A DNA stretch of 20,000 nucleotides from NCBI RefSeq assembly GCF_000372725.1, contig NW_005201912.1, positions 427,238 to 447,237 of the forward strand, read 5' to 3'. Source of the stretch: Emiliania huxleyi CCMP1516. Taxonomy: Eukaryota. The first letter of the stretch is position 1. Each line of letters opens with the position of its first letter. The notes below the pieces were generated by a model. The model was not told the origin of the DNA. It saw only the letters and a list, made by a program, of their open reading frames with translations, and made no database searches. The position numbers and the translations under genes are program-made. Below are positions 9,053-19,148 of the stretch, piece by piece.

Positions 9053-9179
9053 AACAGGGTTTGCGATGAGGCGCGACCCGAAGGGTTTCTCGCGGAGGTA
9101 TAAAGTGCACCACTGAACGCCGAAGCGCAAGCACTTGGAGCAAGAACACTACGCCCTGGGTTTTTCATGTGCAGGCGGG

Positions 9180-9250
9180 TTTTTTTGTTTTTTTTTTTGA
9201 GCTTAGCCTTAAAGAAAGAAAGAAAGAAAACATACAACCCAAGGGAGGGA
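9180..9250 (-). mobile_element. Internally deleted copy of an A-tailed dispersed repeat (related to 17769-18040)
   Basis: TTTTGAGCTTAGCCTT joined directly to AAAGAAAGAAAGAAAACA.ACAACCCAA; the T-tract is a poly(A) on the minus strand. Confidence 0.6.
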
Positions 9251-9277
9251 TGGAGAACGGCACGCCGCCACCACACA

Positions 9278-10075
9278 GCGAGCCGTCTTCTTACCAGGTT
9301 GCAACCCTAGTCTCGCACTGTGCTGTGAACAGAGCACCAACCAACAGCTCTCAGGACCCCCCGGTGCTGGGGTGCTGCCAGCAACCAACCAACTCGCCGG
9401 CGAGCGGAGCGAGCCGAAGAGCTGGGGCCAAATTGGCGCTGTGAACGTCGTTTGAACCGATTTTCGGCGGGCACGTCGCACCTACGTGGCGGGCCGCCAG
9501 GGGCCCGGCAGCAGGGCGCCCCCGCGCGGATGCCGACGAGGATCACGGTGCGCTATCTGGGCTCGGAGCTCGGCAAAAAGGTCGCGCTACCCGACACCAA
9601 GATGCAAGAAGGAGTTGCTCGAGCTGGCCTGATGAGGTGCTCCGCGTACGAGGCAAGCGTCATCCGCTCTCCGCCCCTTGCAGCTCGTAGCTCACTGGGG
9701 AGGGAGTGCGGAAGCTCCGCGCGGCTGAAGTGCCACGCCTGCCCGCCGGGACCGCGTGCAGGAAGCTGCATCGCCAGCGCCGTCGCAGCATCGAGCGGCG
9801 CGTCCTCCCCAACCAGCACCAGCGGCGTGTATAGCACCATAGGTCGTCGGCTTTGCCGACGGGCGACGTGGACGGACACAGACAGGCAGGGACGGGCGAA
9901 ACACGTACCCGAACAAGCATGACCAGCGAACGGGGCATTGCACTACATAGTGCGGGACCTGGGGCAGCAACCAACAACCTGGATGGGGACGGGGTGCTGC
10001 GCAACCGACGCCAACCAGCAGCGTTCACAGCACAGTGCGAGACTAGGGTTGCAACCTGGTAAGAAGACGGCTCGC
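9278..10075. mobile_element. Non-autonomous TIR element (MITE-like), 798 bp, with perfect 53-bp inverted repeats
   Basis: 9278-9330 GCGAGCCGTCTTCTTACCAGGTTGCAACCCTAGTCTCGCACTGTGCTGTGAAC is the exact reverse complement of 10023-10075. No clear TSD and no transposase. Confidence 0.75.
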
Positions 10076-10321
10076 AGGGATTTTTTAAGGAGAGGAGTGT
10101 GATGCGCTAGCCGTCGCCCACCCTGGGGAGTCAGTCTGCCTCTTCGTATCTCTTTTCGCAGTCTCTCGCCGCTTCTCGCTGCAACCTTCATGCCACCTCG
10201 CGGCCGTCCCACTCTCGCCGTTCTCTCCCTTGTCACTTCCTCCTCTGTCGCGTCGTTAGCCTTCGATGTTATGAAACAACAATCGCGATTTTTTTTCAGG
10301 CGCATAACATGTTTGACGAGT

Positions 10322-11332
10322 ATGGGATCGCCGCCACCCACATTGCAGGAGACGCAGGAGTTGCTTGTCGTCGGGAAGGACCGTGGCCCCACCCTTCTCT
10401 CAAGGCACGGGGTTCCGCTCGCCGCTGCGATCGCGTATGGTACTGCATCGGTGGTCGCGACGCTCAGCAACAAGGCGTTGCTCTCGTCATGGCAGTTTGA
10501 CTGCATATTCTCTCTCCTCCTCCTGCAGAATGCGCTCACCGCGCTGCTTCTTCATCTAGCCGCACAGACGCGCTACCGCCAGCCGCTGCGGCTCAACTTT
10601 GCCCTCGACGGCGAGAGTGCGTTCCGGCTGGTTGCACCTGTCAGCGTCCTCTCGCTGCTCAACGTGCTCTGCGGCATGTGGGCGCTGAAGCTTTCGTCCG
10701 TGCCGATCTATCAGACGCTTAAGCGCATGTCGCCCCTGCCGGCCATGCTGCTGGATGCCCTGTTGCGCCGCAAGGCCTTCAGCTTGCGGATCCGCGTGTC
10801 CGTCCTCACCGTGTGTGCGGGCGCCTTTGTCGCTGGCTGCGGCGACCTCGACCGCAACGTGCTCGGCTACCTCCTCGCGGCGGCGTCGTGCGTGCTGCAG
10901 GCCCTCTACCTCGTCCTCGCAGCTCGCGCTGACGACGAGCTCGCCCTGGGTGCCCAGGGGCTGCTCTACTACTCCTCGCTCCTCGCCCTGCCGCTTCTCG
11001 TCGCGCCGGCCGTGCTCCTCGGCGAGGCCTCGAGGCTGGCTGCGTACGACCACTGGCGCGAGCCTGCCTTTGGCGCGACGCTCGCCCTCACGCTGGCCAT
11101 CGGCGCGTCGCTCCAGCTGCTGCTCTTTTGGTGCACGCTTGTGACGAGCGCCGTGACCACGCTCATCGTCGGCAACCTGAAGGCTGTCACGACGACGCTG
11201 CTCGGCTTCTGGCTCTTCGGGCGCGTGCGGCTGCAGTGGTTTGGGCTCGCAGGCGTCCTCATCAACACGCTCGGCGGCATCATGTACTCTGTCTTCAAGT
11301 TCCGAGAGTCGAACAACAGCAGGGCGGGGTGA
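10322..11332 (+). CDS. Nucleotide-sugar transporter (DMT/TPT superfamily, SLC35D/GONST-like), intronless, about 336 aa
   Basis: Multiple hydrophobic segments; motifs AYGTASVVATLSNKALL, LLLLQ, ALKLSSVPIYQTLKR, CTLVTSAVTTLIVGNLK, GGIMYS. Start codon uncertain (frame open from 10190). Confidence 0.9.
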   Translation: MGSPPPTLQETQELLVVGKDRGPTLLSRHGVPLAAAIAYGTASVVATLSNKALLSSWQFDCIFSLLLLQNALTALLLHLAAQTRYRQPLRLNFALDGESAFRLVAPVSVLSLLNVLCGMWALKLSSVPIYQTLKRMSPLPAMLLDALLRRKAFSLRIRVSVLTVCAGAFVAGCGDLDRNVLGYLLAAASCVLQALYLVLAARADDELALGAQGLLYYSSLLALPLLVAPAVLLGEASRLAAYDHWREPAFGATLALTLAIGASLQLLLFWCTLVTSAVTTLIVGNLKAVTTTLLGFWLFGRVRLQWFGLAGVLINTLGGIMYSVFKFRESNNSRAG

Positions 11333-11666
11333 GTACCCGCCTCGTTTTAAAAATGGCATACTACGTGTTTAAGTGTTCCCTCGAGCCGCCAGCCCTTCGA
11401 GGCCTCGTGCGCGCCCTGCTCGGGCCACTCGGGGAGCAGCGAGTACCGCCCGCCCGCCTTGCCTGGAGGGCGGCCCGTCCGGGCGGCAAACTGGAATGCA
11501 CAGTTGCACGCGTGGCAGGCCGTGGGGCCTCACGAGGAACTCCCTCTCCCTCCCGCCCGTGAATAGAGCGCTAACGGACAATCACAACAAACTCGCCTGG
11601 TGGACCACGCCCTCTGCGCGGTTTCAAAACCTTTGTGTTATTTTTGCATGTACATGTGTGGGTGGT

Positions 11667-11691
11667 GGTAAGGTAAGGTAAGGTAAGGTAA
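11667..11691. repeat. (GGTAA)5 microsatellite
   Basis: Directly visible. Confidence 0.9.
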
Positions 11692-11708
11692 AATTCTCCC
11701 CTCTCGCC

Positions 11709-13484
11709 TCAGCACAGCTTCACACCTACGGCCAGGCCAATCTGCCACAACGGTGGCAGTGGTGGCGGGTGAGGCAGGAGGAAGCTCGCGGACTGGAACC
11801 TATACGGAGGGCGATACGCGAACCTACTGTTTTGCCCCGGGACAAGTGCAGCCTCGCGCGAAAGGCAGAAGTTGTTCGGGGCAACAGGCGCTCCCGGAAG
11901 GCGCTGCCCGTAGGGAGATAGGTTTTCGAACACGCGCTCCCGGGTCTCGATGAAGTCGGGAGCCCACCAAGAGAACGGCCACAAGAGGGGGAAGAGGGGA
12001 AAGCAGACTAAGGACTTTTTGAGGGAGTTGGGTCCCGTCGCCTCCATCTTGAAGAGCATGCAGGCCGGGAGGAGGGGGAAGCAGCACCACACCCAGCAGC
12101 CCTCAATGTCCTTGGTCTGGATGAGGCCTGGCGGGTCTGCGAGAGACTTGCAGAAAGAGCAGGGGGAGGAGAGAAGCCCCGCCGCCTTCTCCTTGGCCGC
12201 CCTCGCCTCCGCCGCCGCCGCCGCCTTCGCCGCCCTCGCCCTCTTCTCGGCCGCCCTCGCCTCCGCCTCCGCCTTCCGCGCCTCCTCCACGATGCGCCGC
12301 CCCTCCTCCCGCTCCATCACCATCGGCATCACCCCGTGTGCAACCGCCTGCGCGTGCTTCTCCTTGGCCGCGCGCGCGGCCGCCGCCTCGCTCTCCGCCT
12401 GCGTCGCCGCCCGTTTCACCGGGTTGCTGTCTCCGGCCTTCACGTCGTTCTTTCTCTCAAACGCATGCAGCGCTGCCTTGGCGTGCGCGGCTGCATCGGC
12501 GGTTGCCGCGACCTGCTGCTGCAGCTGCGAATCAATCGCCTCAAAAGCCGTCTGCACCGTCACGCCGAGCGACTTGATCTTGGGCAGCTGCCCCCGCTTG
12601 TCGCTCGCGTTCGTCACTTGCACATCGGGGCTCGAAAGGAAGTCGTGCGCCTCCTGCGGGGTTTTGTTTGCCCAGGTGTCGGTGAGCGCCGACGTGAACT
12701 GCTCGCGCTGCGGCGCAGCATTCTGGATGCAGACGATGTGGTGGCGCGAATTTGCGGTGCCGACGGCCGATCTGAGGCCGTCGGGCGTCGCGAATTGCAT
12801 GCTCAGCCACGCCTCGAACTGCGTCCAAAAGCGGGACAGGTACGAGAGGTCGAGGAGGATAAGGATGGTCGTGCCGAGGTAGAGCATGTTGACCTGCGGG
12901 CGAACGCACGCGACGGAGAGTGGATGAGTGGGGAGGATAGTGGTGTGGTGGCTCGTGGCAGGTGGGCGTGGGCGCTGACGAAGAATGTATCGATATGGCG
13001 CATGCTGGCCTGTGCGAGCATCCGCTTAAAGTCGTCCGTGTCCTGATCGGTGCGGCTGCCCTTGGGCTGGTCCTGCGGCATGCATGCGCCGTCGATCCAC
13101 ATGCGTTTGATCTTCCGGCCAGAGTCCGAATTGAGGAATTTCTTGATCGCCTTGAGCTGCTCGCCGTCGGGGTCGGGCTGCGGCGGGGCGAGCGCGGGGT
13201 GAAAGGGGTGAGCAGGGCGAGCGGGGTGAGAGAAGTGAGAGGCTCGCCTCGTCGGGCTGCATCCAGCGGTGGGAAATGGCCAGCGTCTCCTCCACGTAGG
13301 TGCCCTTGATGACCTCGGCGTAGGTGAGGACACACTCAACGAGTGCTTCGGGGTTCTTCGTGCGCAGCTCCTGAAGAAAGGGCAGCTTCTTGCCTTCAAA
13401 GTTGCGCACGAAGTTGGCGTCCAGCATGATGAACCGTTCACTCTCGGTGGAGTCGGACGGCGCGACCTGGGTGATCTTGACCAT
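11709..13484 (-). CDS. HET-domain-like protein with coiled-coil linker and Cys-rich hydrophobic C-terminal domain. Exons 13484-13248, 13177-13010, 12893-11709 (about 529 aa)
   Basis: AISHRW..PDEPDPDGEQL, MWIDGACMPQ, MLAQVNMLYL, YLSRFWTQFEAW parallel the HET motifs SHRW / WIDxxCIxQ / MxxIY / RxWTxQE; two in-frame GC-AG introns. Confidence 0.8.
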
Positions 13485-14531
13485 GCCTGCGTTTCGCCCC
13501 GAGCCAACTCCTGTGCCGGAACGTTATACCCGGGTATTTCTCTCTCTCTAAAATGAGACAACCCAAGGAACCGTTACGGAAAAGCATGCGCGACGCTGCC
13601 TCTTTGCGCCGCTCGCTCGCGGCGGCGGGAGACATGGCCGCCGAAGCGGCTCGCACTCGCTCGGCGGGCCTCCGTCCCACAGCCGCCCGGGCGTGCCAGG
13701 GGGCAGCCTGGCGCTGCGCTGCTCGCACGCTGCACTGCACAAAGCTGTGACAACAAGGGGAGGCTCCTGAGCTTCAGCGTTGAGCAGTGCAGCTGCGGGC
13801 GCTCGTGGGCGGCTGTGCAGTGGTGAGAATGCCTGGTTGGAGGCGAGCTGGCGCTGCGCCAGGGTGCGCAGCATGCTCCCTTGCTCTGTCCTGAGGCATG
13901 CTGGTTGGCGCCCAACACAATGCCCTGGATGCATTGCTCCACGCCGTGCTGGCTGGTGCAGTACTGCCAGTGCGCCGACTGGCGCGCAGGGTGCGCGTCG
14001 CCGCGCGTGGCGCGGGAGGCGCGAGAGGCGCGGCTGTCGGTCAACCCCGCGGCGCAGGCGCGCCGCGGAAGCTGCTCGACAGGCGACTTCATTGCGAACG
14101 CCGTCGCCGTTACTCCAACTTTCCTTTGCCGATCAAAAGCGCCCGTCCTTTGCTTTTTAGCCGCCGAAATTTAGCTCGCTGTTTTTCTTTAATAGGCGTC
14201 TGCAACTTCCAAGCTGCGTATTCTTGTATTATCGTCGAGTAGTACAGGTACTCCGTGGGGGCAGTGTGTATTCTCGTAACATGCGCGTATTCTCGTATCA
14301 CTGGCTCCGAGTAGAAAAAGAAACTAGAAAGAAAACATGTCGAGTCCGTGTCGAGTGTTTACTAGCTCCGAGTAGAGGGGGCGTTCTGCTGCTAGGGGAA
14401 ACCTGGAGCGCGGAGCTAACCCTCGGAGACCCGTGTTTACTTTAAGGCCCTTGCCCTGCGAACGCGCACCCCCGGGGCTAGGGCTCTCTAGCCCGTAACC
14501 CGATACCGATCATCCGGCCCGCTGGATGCGC

Positions 14532-14589
14532 TTCTCAGCTCACCGGCCCCGGATGTGAGGTTGCCGACTGCACTCCAAGTGCTCCAAGT
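14532..14589. repeat. 58-bp direct repeat, copy 1 (copy 2 at 16380-16437)
   Basis: 54/58 identical by manual alignment. Confidence 0.9.
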
Positions 14590-14800
14590 ACTCGGGGGCA
14601 CGGACGCGGCACCCAAGTGGTGGAAGTCCAGCAAATCCGCGCCATAACAACTGAGCCTGAACAGTTCTCCTAGCCGGCGCGAAACTAACTAACACAGAGG
14701 CACGCGGTGTATGTGCGTGCTGCACTCTAGACAACGATCCCGGCGCCCCGGCCTTACCCGCCTGCTCTCTCTGGCCTGCATCCACTAGGCCTAAGCTGTG

Positions 14801-14939
14801 CTAGTTTGCCTCAGGGCTAAACGAGATGCCGCACGCCCGCTCCGAAAACTCCCAGAGCACGGCCGCCTTTGCAGCGTCCGCCGCGAAGCCCCACGGCCGC
14901 ACCTTGGCAGGTGAGGGGCGGCGGTGAGAGGGCGGTAAG

Positions 14940-14970
<31 letters not shown>

Positions 14971-16129
14971 AGGGTGGCGTCGAGGGGGGCGGCAAAGAGA
15001 GGGGAGGGGAGGCGGAGCGGCTCTGCAGGGAGGGCGAGAGGCCTCGGCGGGAGGCGCCCACCTTTGCCGGCGGGCCGCGCAGCCCGAGGTCGTGGAAGCC
15101 GAAAGGGTTGTGGCGAGGGCCGTAGTAGTCGCCGCTTCGGGCGCCGGGGCTCGTGGCGGCGACGAGGAGGGGCGCGCTCGCATCGGGCACAGAGTGCGCG
15201 AGCCCCGAAGCGTAGTCCACCCAGCAGCGCAAGAACGGGTTGCGAGCCGCGCTGCTCTGAATCATCGGCGTGAGAGCAGAGCCGGGATGCGCCGCCACCA
15301 CGATCACACCGCCGCCGCCACCACCGCCGCCGCCGCTCCCGCCGCCGCCGCCGCCGCCGCCGCCGTCGCTGCTGCCGCCCTCGCTACCGCTGCTGTCGCC
15401 GCCGCCGCCGTCGCCGCCGTCGCTCTGCGGCAGCCGGGACGCGGCGTCGAGCCGGCGGCGCAGCTCGACGGCAAAGAGCATCTGAGCGAGCTTGGAGGCG
15501 GCGTAGCGGCGCCAGGCGCCGTATGGGAGGGGAAGGAGGTAGCGGCAGGACGCGCGGTGCGGCGTCTCGTCCTCAAAGTACCCGGCGGCGTGGCCGAGCG
15601 ACGAGTGCACCACGACCCTCGCACCCTGAGTGTTGCGGAGCAGCGGCCAGAGCTCGGCACAGAGGAGAAAGTGGCCGAGGTGATTGACCTGAAACTCGAG
15701 CGGCCAGCCGTCCTCGGTGAGCTCGGCCGAGGCACCGCCGCCGAGGATGCCCGCGTTGCACACGAGCAGGTCGAGAGACGACTCCTGTCGGCGGAGCCTC
15801 GAAGCAAACCGGCGCACCGAGGCGAGCGAGGCGAGGTCGAGCTCCTCACAAGCGAGGCTGGCGGCGGCGCCCTTCGACTTGAGGTCCGCCGCGATCCGGT
15901 CCCGTGCGCTTGTTGCACGCTCCGCGTTGCGGCACGCTAATATGACTCTGGCGCCCTTCAGCGCTAGCGAGCGAGCCAGCCAGAAGCCGAGCCCAGAGTT
16001 TGCTCCCGTGACGACTGCAAGGCGACCAGTTTGGTCGGGCGCCTCGTCGAGAGCCTCTTTGTAAACGGCGGCGTCGATGAGCGGGTCCGGCGTCGACGAC
16101 TTGCTCCTGGAGGAGGACCAAGAGTGCAT
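14801..16129 (-). CDS. Short-chain dehydrogenase/reductase (retinol dehydrogenase/WWOX-like). Exons 16129-15062, 14902-14801 (about 389 aa)
   Basis: VTGANSGLG, VILACRN, LDLASLASV, LVCNAGI, VNHLGHFLL, YAASK, AAHPG, LWEFSE. A probable in-frame 159-bp GT-AG intron (15061-14903) removes the Pro-rich stretch. Confidence 0.92.
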
Positions 16130-16379
16130 CGGGCCTGTACCCTTGACGCTCGTTTTTTCTTTTTTTCTACCTCCCCCTTGACCACAAAACTCCCAAAGAT
16201 CCGAAAGTGTAGCATCTACGATCTAGCAAGAACTACTGGTCCGTTCACACATCAAGCACGCTCGCGACGGATCGCGTTACGTCGCGCGTTTTTTTTCTGG
16301 GTGAGAACGGAGTTCTCTGGGTAAGCTCAGCTGTCTGTGAACTTCCCAGTTGTTTGCTCTTGTACTTACTTGTTCCGCG

Positions 16380-16437
16380 TTCTTAGCTCCCCGGCCCTGG
16401 ATGTGAGGTTGCCAACTGCACTCCAAGTGCTCCAAGT
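16380..16437. repeat. 58-bp direct repeat, copy 2
   Basis: TTCTTAGCTCCCCGGCCCTGGATGTGAGGTTGCCAACTGCACTCCAAGTGCTCCAAGT. Confidence 0.9.
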
Positions 16438-16480
16438 GCGTTCCGGAGGCAACCCAATTTCTTCTCTTTCTCTTCTCGCA

Positions 16481-16795
16481 TCACAGCTCGCCCTTGTCCT
16501 GCTCGTGCCGGCTGCCCGCGGCCCACGCCTCGGCTAGCCCGGGCGTCGCCTCGCCCAACCGCGCCCAAAAGGCCTCGACTGTCTCCTCCGCCCACCCGGC
16601 AGGGTCGCCGCGCGGGAACGGCGCCCGTACCTCGTGCGCCGCCTCCTCGAGCGAGCGCGCCCGCCGGCCCGCCGTCGCGTAGAAGGCGCCGCGCGCGCCC
16701 GACAGCGCGGCGAGGGCGATGGGGAGGGCGCCGTCGGCCGCGTGGTGGGCGGCGGCGTCGTGCTGCGCGCCTACCGACATGTCGGTACAAGGTGT
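16481..16795 (-). CDS. Probable terminal exon of an unidentified gene ending ...HEQDKGEL*; upstream exons unresolved (possibly up to ~17300)
   Basis: Coding-like GC-rich Ala-rich frame. An upstream block of intron-type ATCTCGG repeats (17045-17115) lies after a CAG|GTGTG donor-like site near 17140. Confidence 0.45.
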   Translation of the reverse strand, partial: TPCTDMSVGAQHDAAAHHAADGALPIALAALSGARGAFYATAGRRARSLEEAAHEVRAPFPRGDPAGWAEETVEAFWARLGEATPGLAEAWAAGSRHEQDKGEL

Positions 16796-17436
16796 ACACC
16801 TGCACCTTCCGAGTTCCGTAGCGTGGAAGGGGAGTGACAGCTTGGGATGGCAACAGAACGAGTATCTCGCACTCCATGACCATGTGCAAGAACGCAGAGA
16901 GAAATGAAAGCCGTCCGGCTCACAAGTCCGGCTCACGCGCCCCGAGCTTACCATCTACTCGAGTACCGCACTGAACACTTTCGCCCCCTCGCTCCCAACC
17001 TGCTCCCAACCCATCCACCTCGGTCCTCGCCTCGGGCCGCGCCGCGCGATCTCGGTCGATCTCGCGCAATCTCGGGCGATCTCGGGGCCGCGCCGCGCTA
17101 TCTCGGGCGATCTCGGAGCGTCGCTCGCGCGGCGGCACACCTGCTCAAAAAAGGAAGGGCCCGGTTCGTTGGAGCCACGGGGCTCACGCACTCGCTCAGG
17201 GCGCCGCCTCACTCTGCGCCACTTTTGAGGCGTTGGCGAAGGCCGGTGAGGCGGCGCCCCGCGCGCGGCGCGTTCATCGCCCTCCACGCCGACCCCTGCG
17301 CGCAACGCTCATCTTGGCCCTCCTGGGGTTACTCTCGCGCTCGCGCAGGACCCGGGGGACTCCCTTCCCCCCACCTCCGACGGGTTAGGTCGGTTCTGCG
17401 CCCCTTGGCGCCTGTGCATGTCCCGCGTGCCCGCCC

Positions 17437-17516
17437 GCCAAGGCTGGTGCCAAGGCCAATTCAACTGCCAAGGCTGGTGCCAGGGCCAACTCAACTGCCT
17501 GGCTGGTGCCAAGGCT
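17437..17516. repeat. 30-bp tandem repeat, about 2.6 copies
   Basis: GCCAAGGCTGGTGCCAAGGCCAATTCAACT repeated with few changes. Confidence 0.85.
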
Positions 17517-17522
17517 CAAAGG

Positions 17523-17768
17523 CTCTCCTCTCTCTCTCTCACTCTCTCCTCCCTCTCCACTCTCTCCACTTTCTCCCTCTCTCTCCCCTGAGACTCTCTC
17601 TGCTCGCTCTGCCCTCTCTCTCCCTCCCTCCCTCCCTCCCTCTCGCCCCCCACCCCGCCCCCCCTCTTCTCTCCTCTCCCCCCCCTCCTCTCTCCTCTCT
17701 CCTCCTCTCTCCTCTCCTCTCCTCTCCTCTTCTCATCTCCTCCCCTCCCCTCTCCTCCTCACCCCTCA
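17523..17768. repeat. Polypyrimidine (CT-rich) low-complexity tract
   Basis: Almost exclusively C/T. Confidence 0.9.
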
Positions 17769-18040
17769 TTTTTTCTTTTGAGCTTAGCCTTCGATGTTAT
17801 GAAACAAACGCAAGGCGGACATGGCATATCGCTCTCGGGCCCACAGACATCCCGCACACCCGCCGCCCCCCGCGCGCGCCCCACCCCGGCCGGGAGAAAG
17901 GGGAGTGGCAGCTTTTTCTTTTCACCTAGACCTACAAATTCCCTGCTCCTTCCACAGAAAGCCCCCAAAGAAGAAAACAGAGAGCCCCAGGGAGGGAGGG
18001 AAAAAGAAAGAAAGAAAACAGACAACCCAAACGAGAGATA
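17769..18040 (-). mobile_element. A-tailed dispersed repeat (possible SINE/LINE 3' end), longest copy in the window
   Basis: The minus strand ends TTGTTTCATAACATCGAAGGCTAAGCTC-AAAAGAAAAAA; shares blocks with 9195-9242 and 10256-10279. Confidence 0.55.
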
Positions 18041-18818
18041 GGGGAGGAGGACAGGGTCCACACCTGCACGAGCAAGATTTTGGAAGGACGATCCAGGGGG
18101 ACAGGTGGGCTCTCCTGCTCCTGACAAGGGACACGACAGGCTCGCAGCGCGGTGCACGGTGGAATCCCAACTCCACTGGCGGTCTCATCTCAGTCTAGCG
18201 ACCTTCCTCCGGCTTCTCACCGGCAGTCTCTCACTACCACGGTTTGTTTGCTGGCGATACCTGACCATTTTCTTTTTTCCTGGTTGACCGTCGAGCGTCG
18301 TAGTGTGATTTCTTTCTTTAGTCCATGAGAGTTCACAGCGGGGCGGCTCGAGCTGTAGTCGCAAACGGGCGGAGCGTTTTTGATCTCTTGGGTCAGTGGG
18401 CGCCCGCCCGCCGCCTCTGAGGGGGTCCGGTCTCGTCCGTGCCTCGCCGGCCGGCGAGATTGCTAGAGGTGGAGCAAGCCTGCTCTAGCCTCGCATGTTA
18501 CTTCCTGTCGTCTGTTGTGATGTTGTGCCCTTGGTTGTGTCCTTGGCACCGTGGGTGCTGGGGGGGGGCGATCGAGGGGGGCGACAGGGATGACGTGGCC
18601 CTGAGTTATGTGTACGCCAACTCAGTCAGGGTGTGTGGCAGAGCCAGCTGGCTGTGTGTCTTGTGAGCCTGTTTGTGTCTGTGTGTCGCTCGTGCGTGTC
18701 GTCATCATCTGTCCAGCGTCCACCCATACCGCGTTGGTGTCCAGTCCGAGCCTGGCTGTTCTTCACCTTCCTAACACACACACATAAATCTCAAAGCGTC
18801 AAAGGGAGAGAGAAAAAG

Positions 18819-18895
18819 TGTACGTGCGTACTTTTAGCTTACTGGGAGAAAATTGTATGTAGCTCTTACGTACCTTCCCGGAGGAGGAGGACTGC
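18819..18895. repeat. Dispersed repeat, copy 2 (see 8939-9052)
   Basis: 26-bp identical core plus a second shared block. Confidence 0.85.
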
Positions 18896-18985
18896 TTTTT
18901 TAACCAAAGGGAAACTGAATCCTTCTGCGGCAGTCGAAAGGGATCTACGCACTCACAAGAGAGAAAGAAACAACCGGTAGCGAAT

Positions 18986-19093
<108 letters not shown>

Positions 19094-19148
19094 GTTGGTA
19101 TAGGTAGAAAAAAATAACGCTCTTAGCTGCCTCGTGGAGCAGAGCGCC

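Noticed and set aside
9629..9665. CTGATGAG as a hammerhead ribozyme core
   Set aside because: No stem II followed by GAAA.
13550..14160. GC-rich ORFs upstream of the HET gene as a separate gene
   Set aside because: No recognisable motif or consistent exon structure; left unannotated.
14532..14589. 58-bp 3' repeat as a SECIS element
   Set aside because: No ATGA/GA quartet with an apical AA loop, and no in-frame TGA in the SDR.
15310..15430. Gly/Ser-rich stretch in the SDR as an intron
   Set aside because: No convincing acceptor; more likely an in-frame low-complexity loop insertion.
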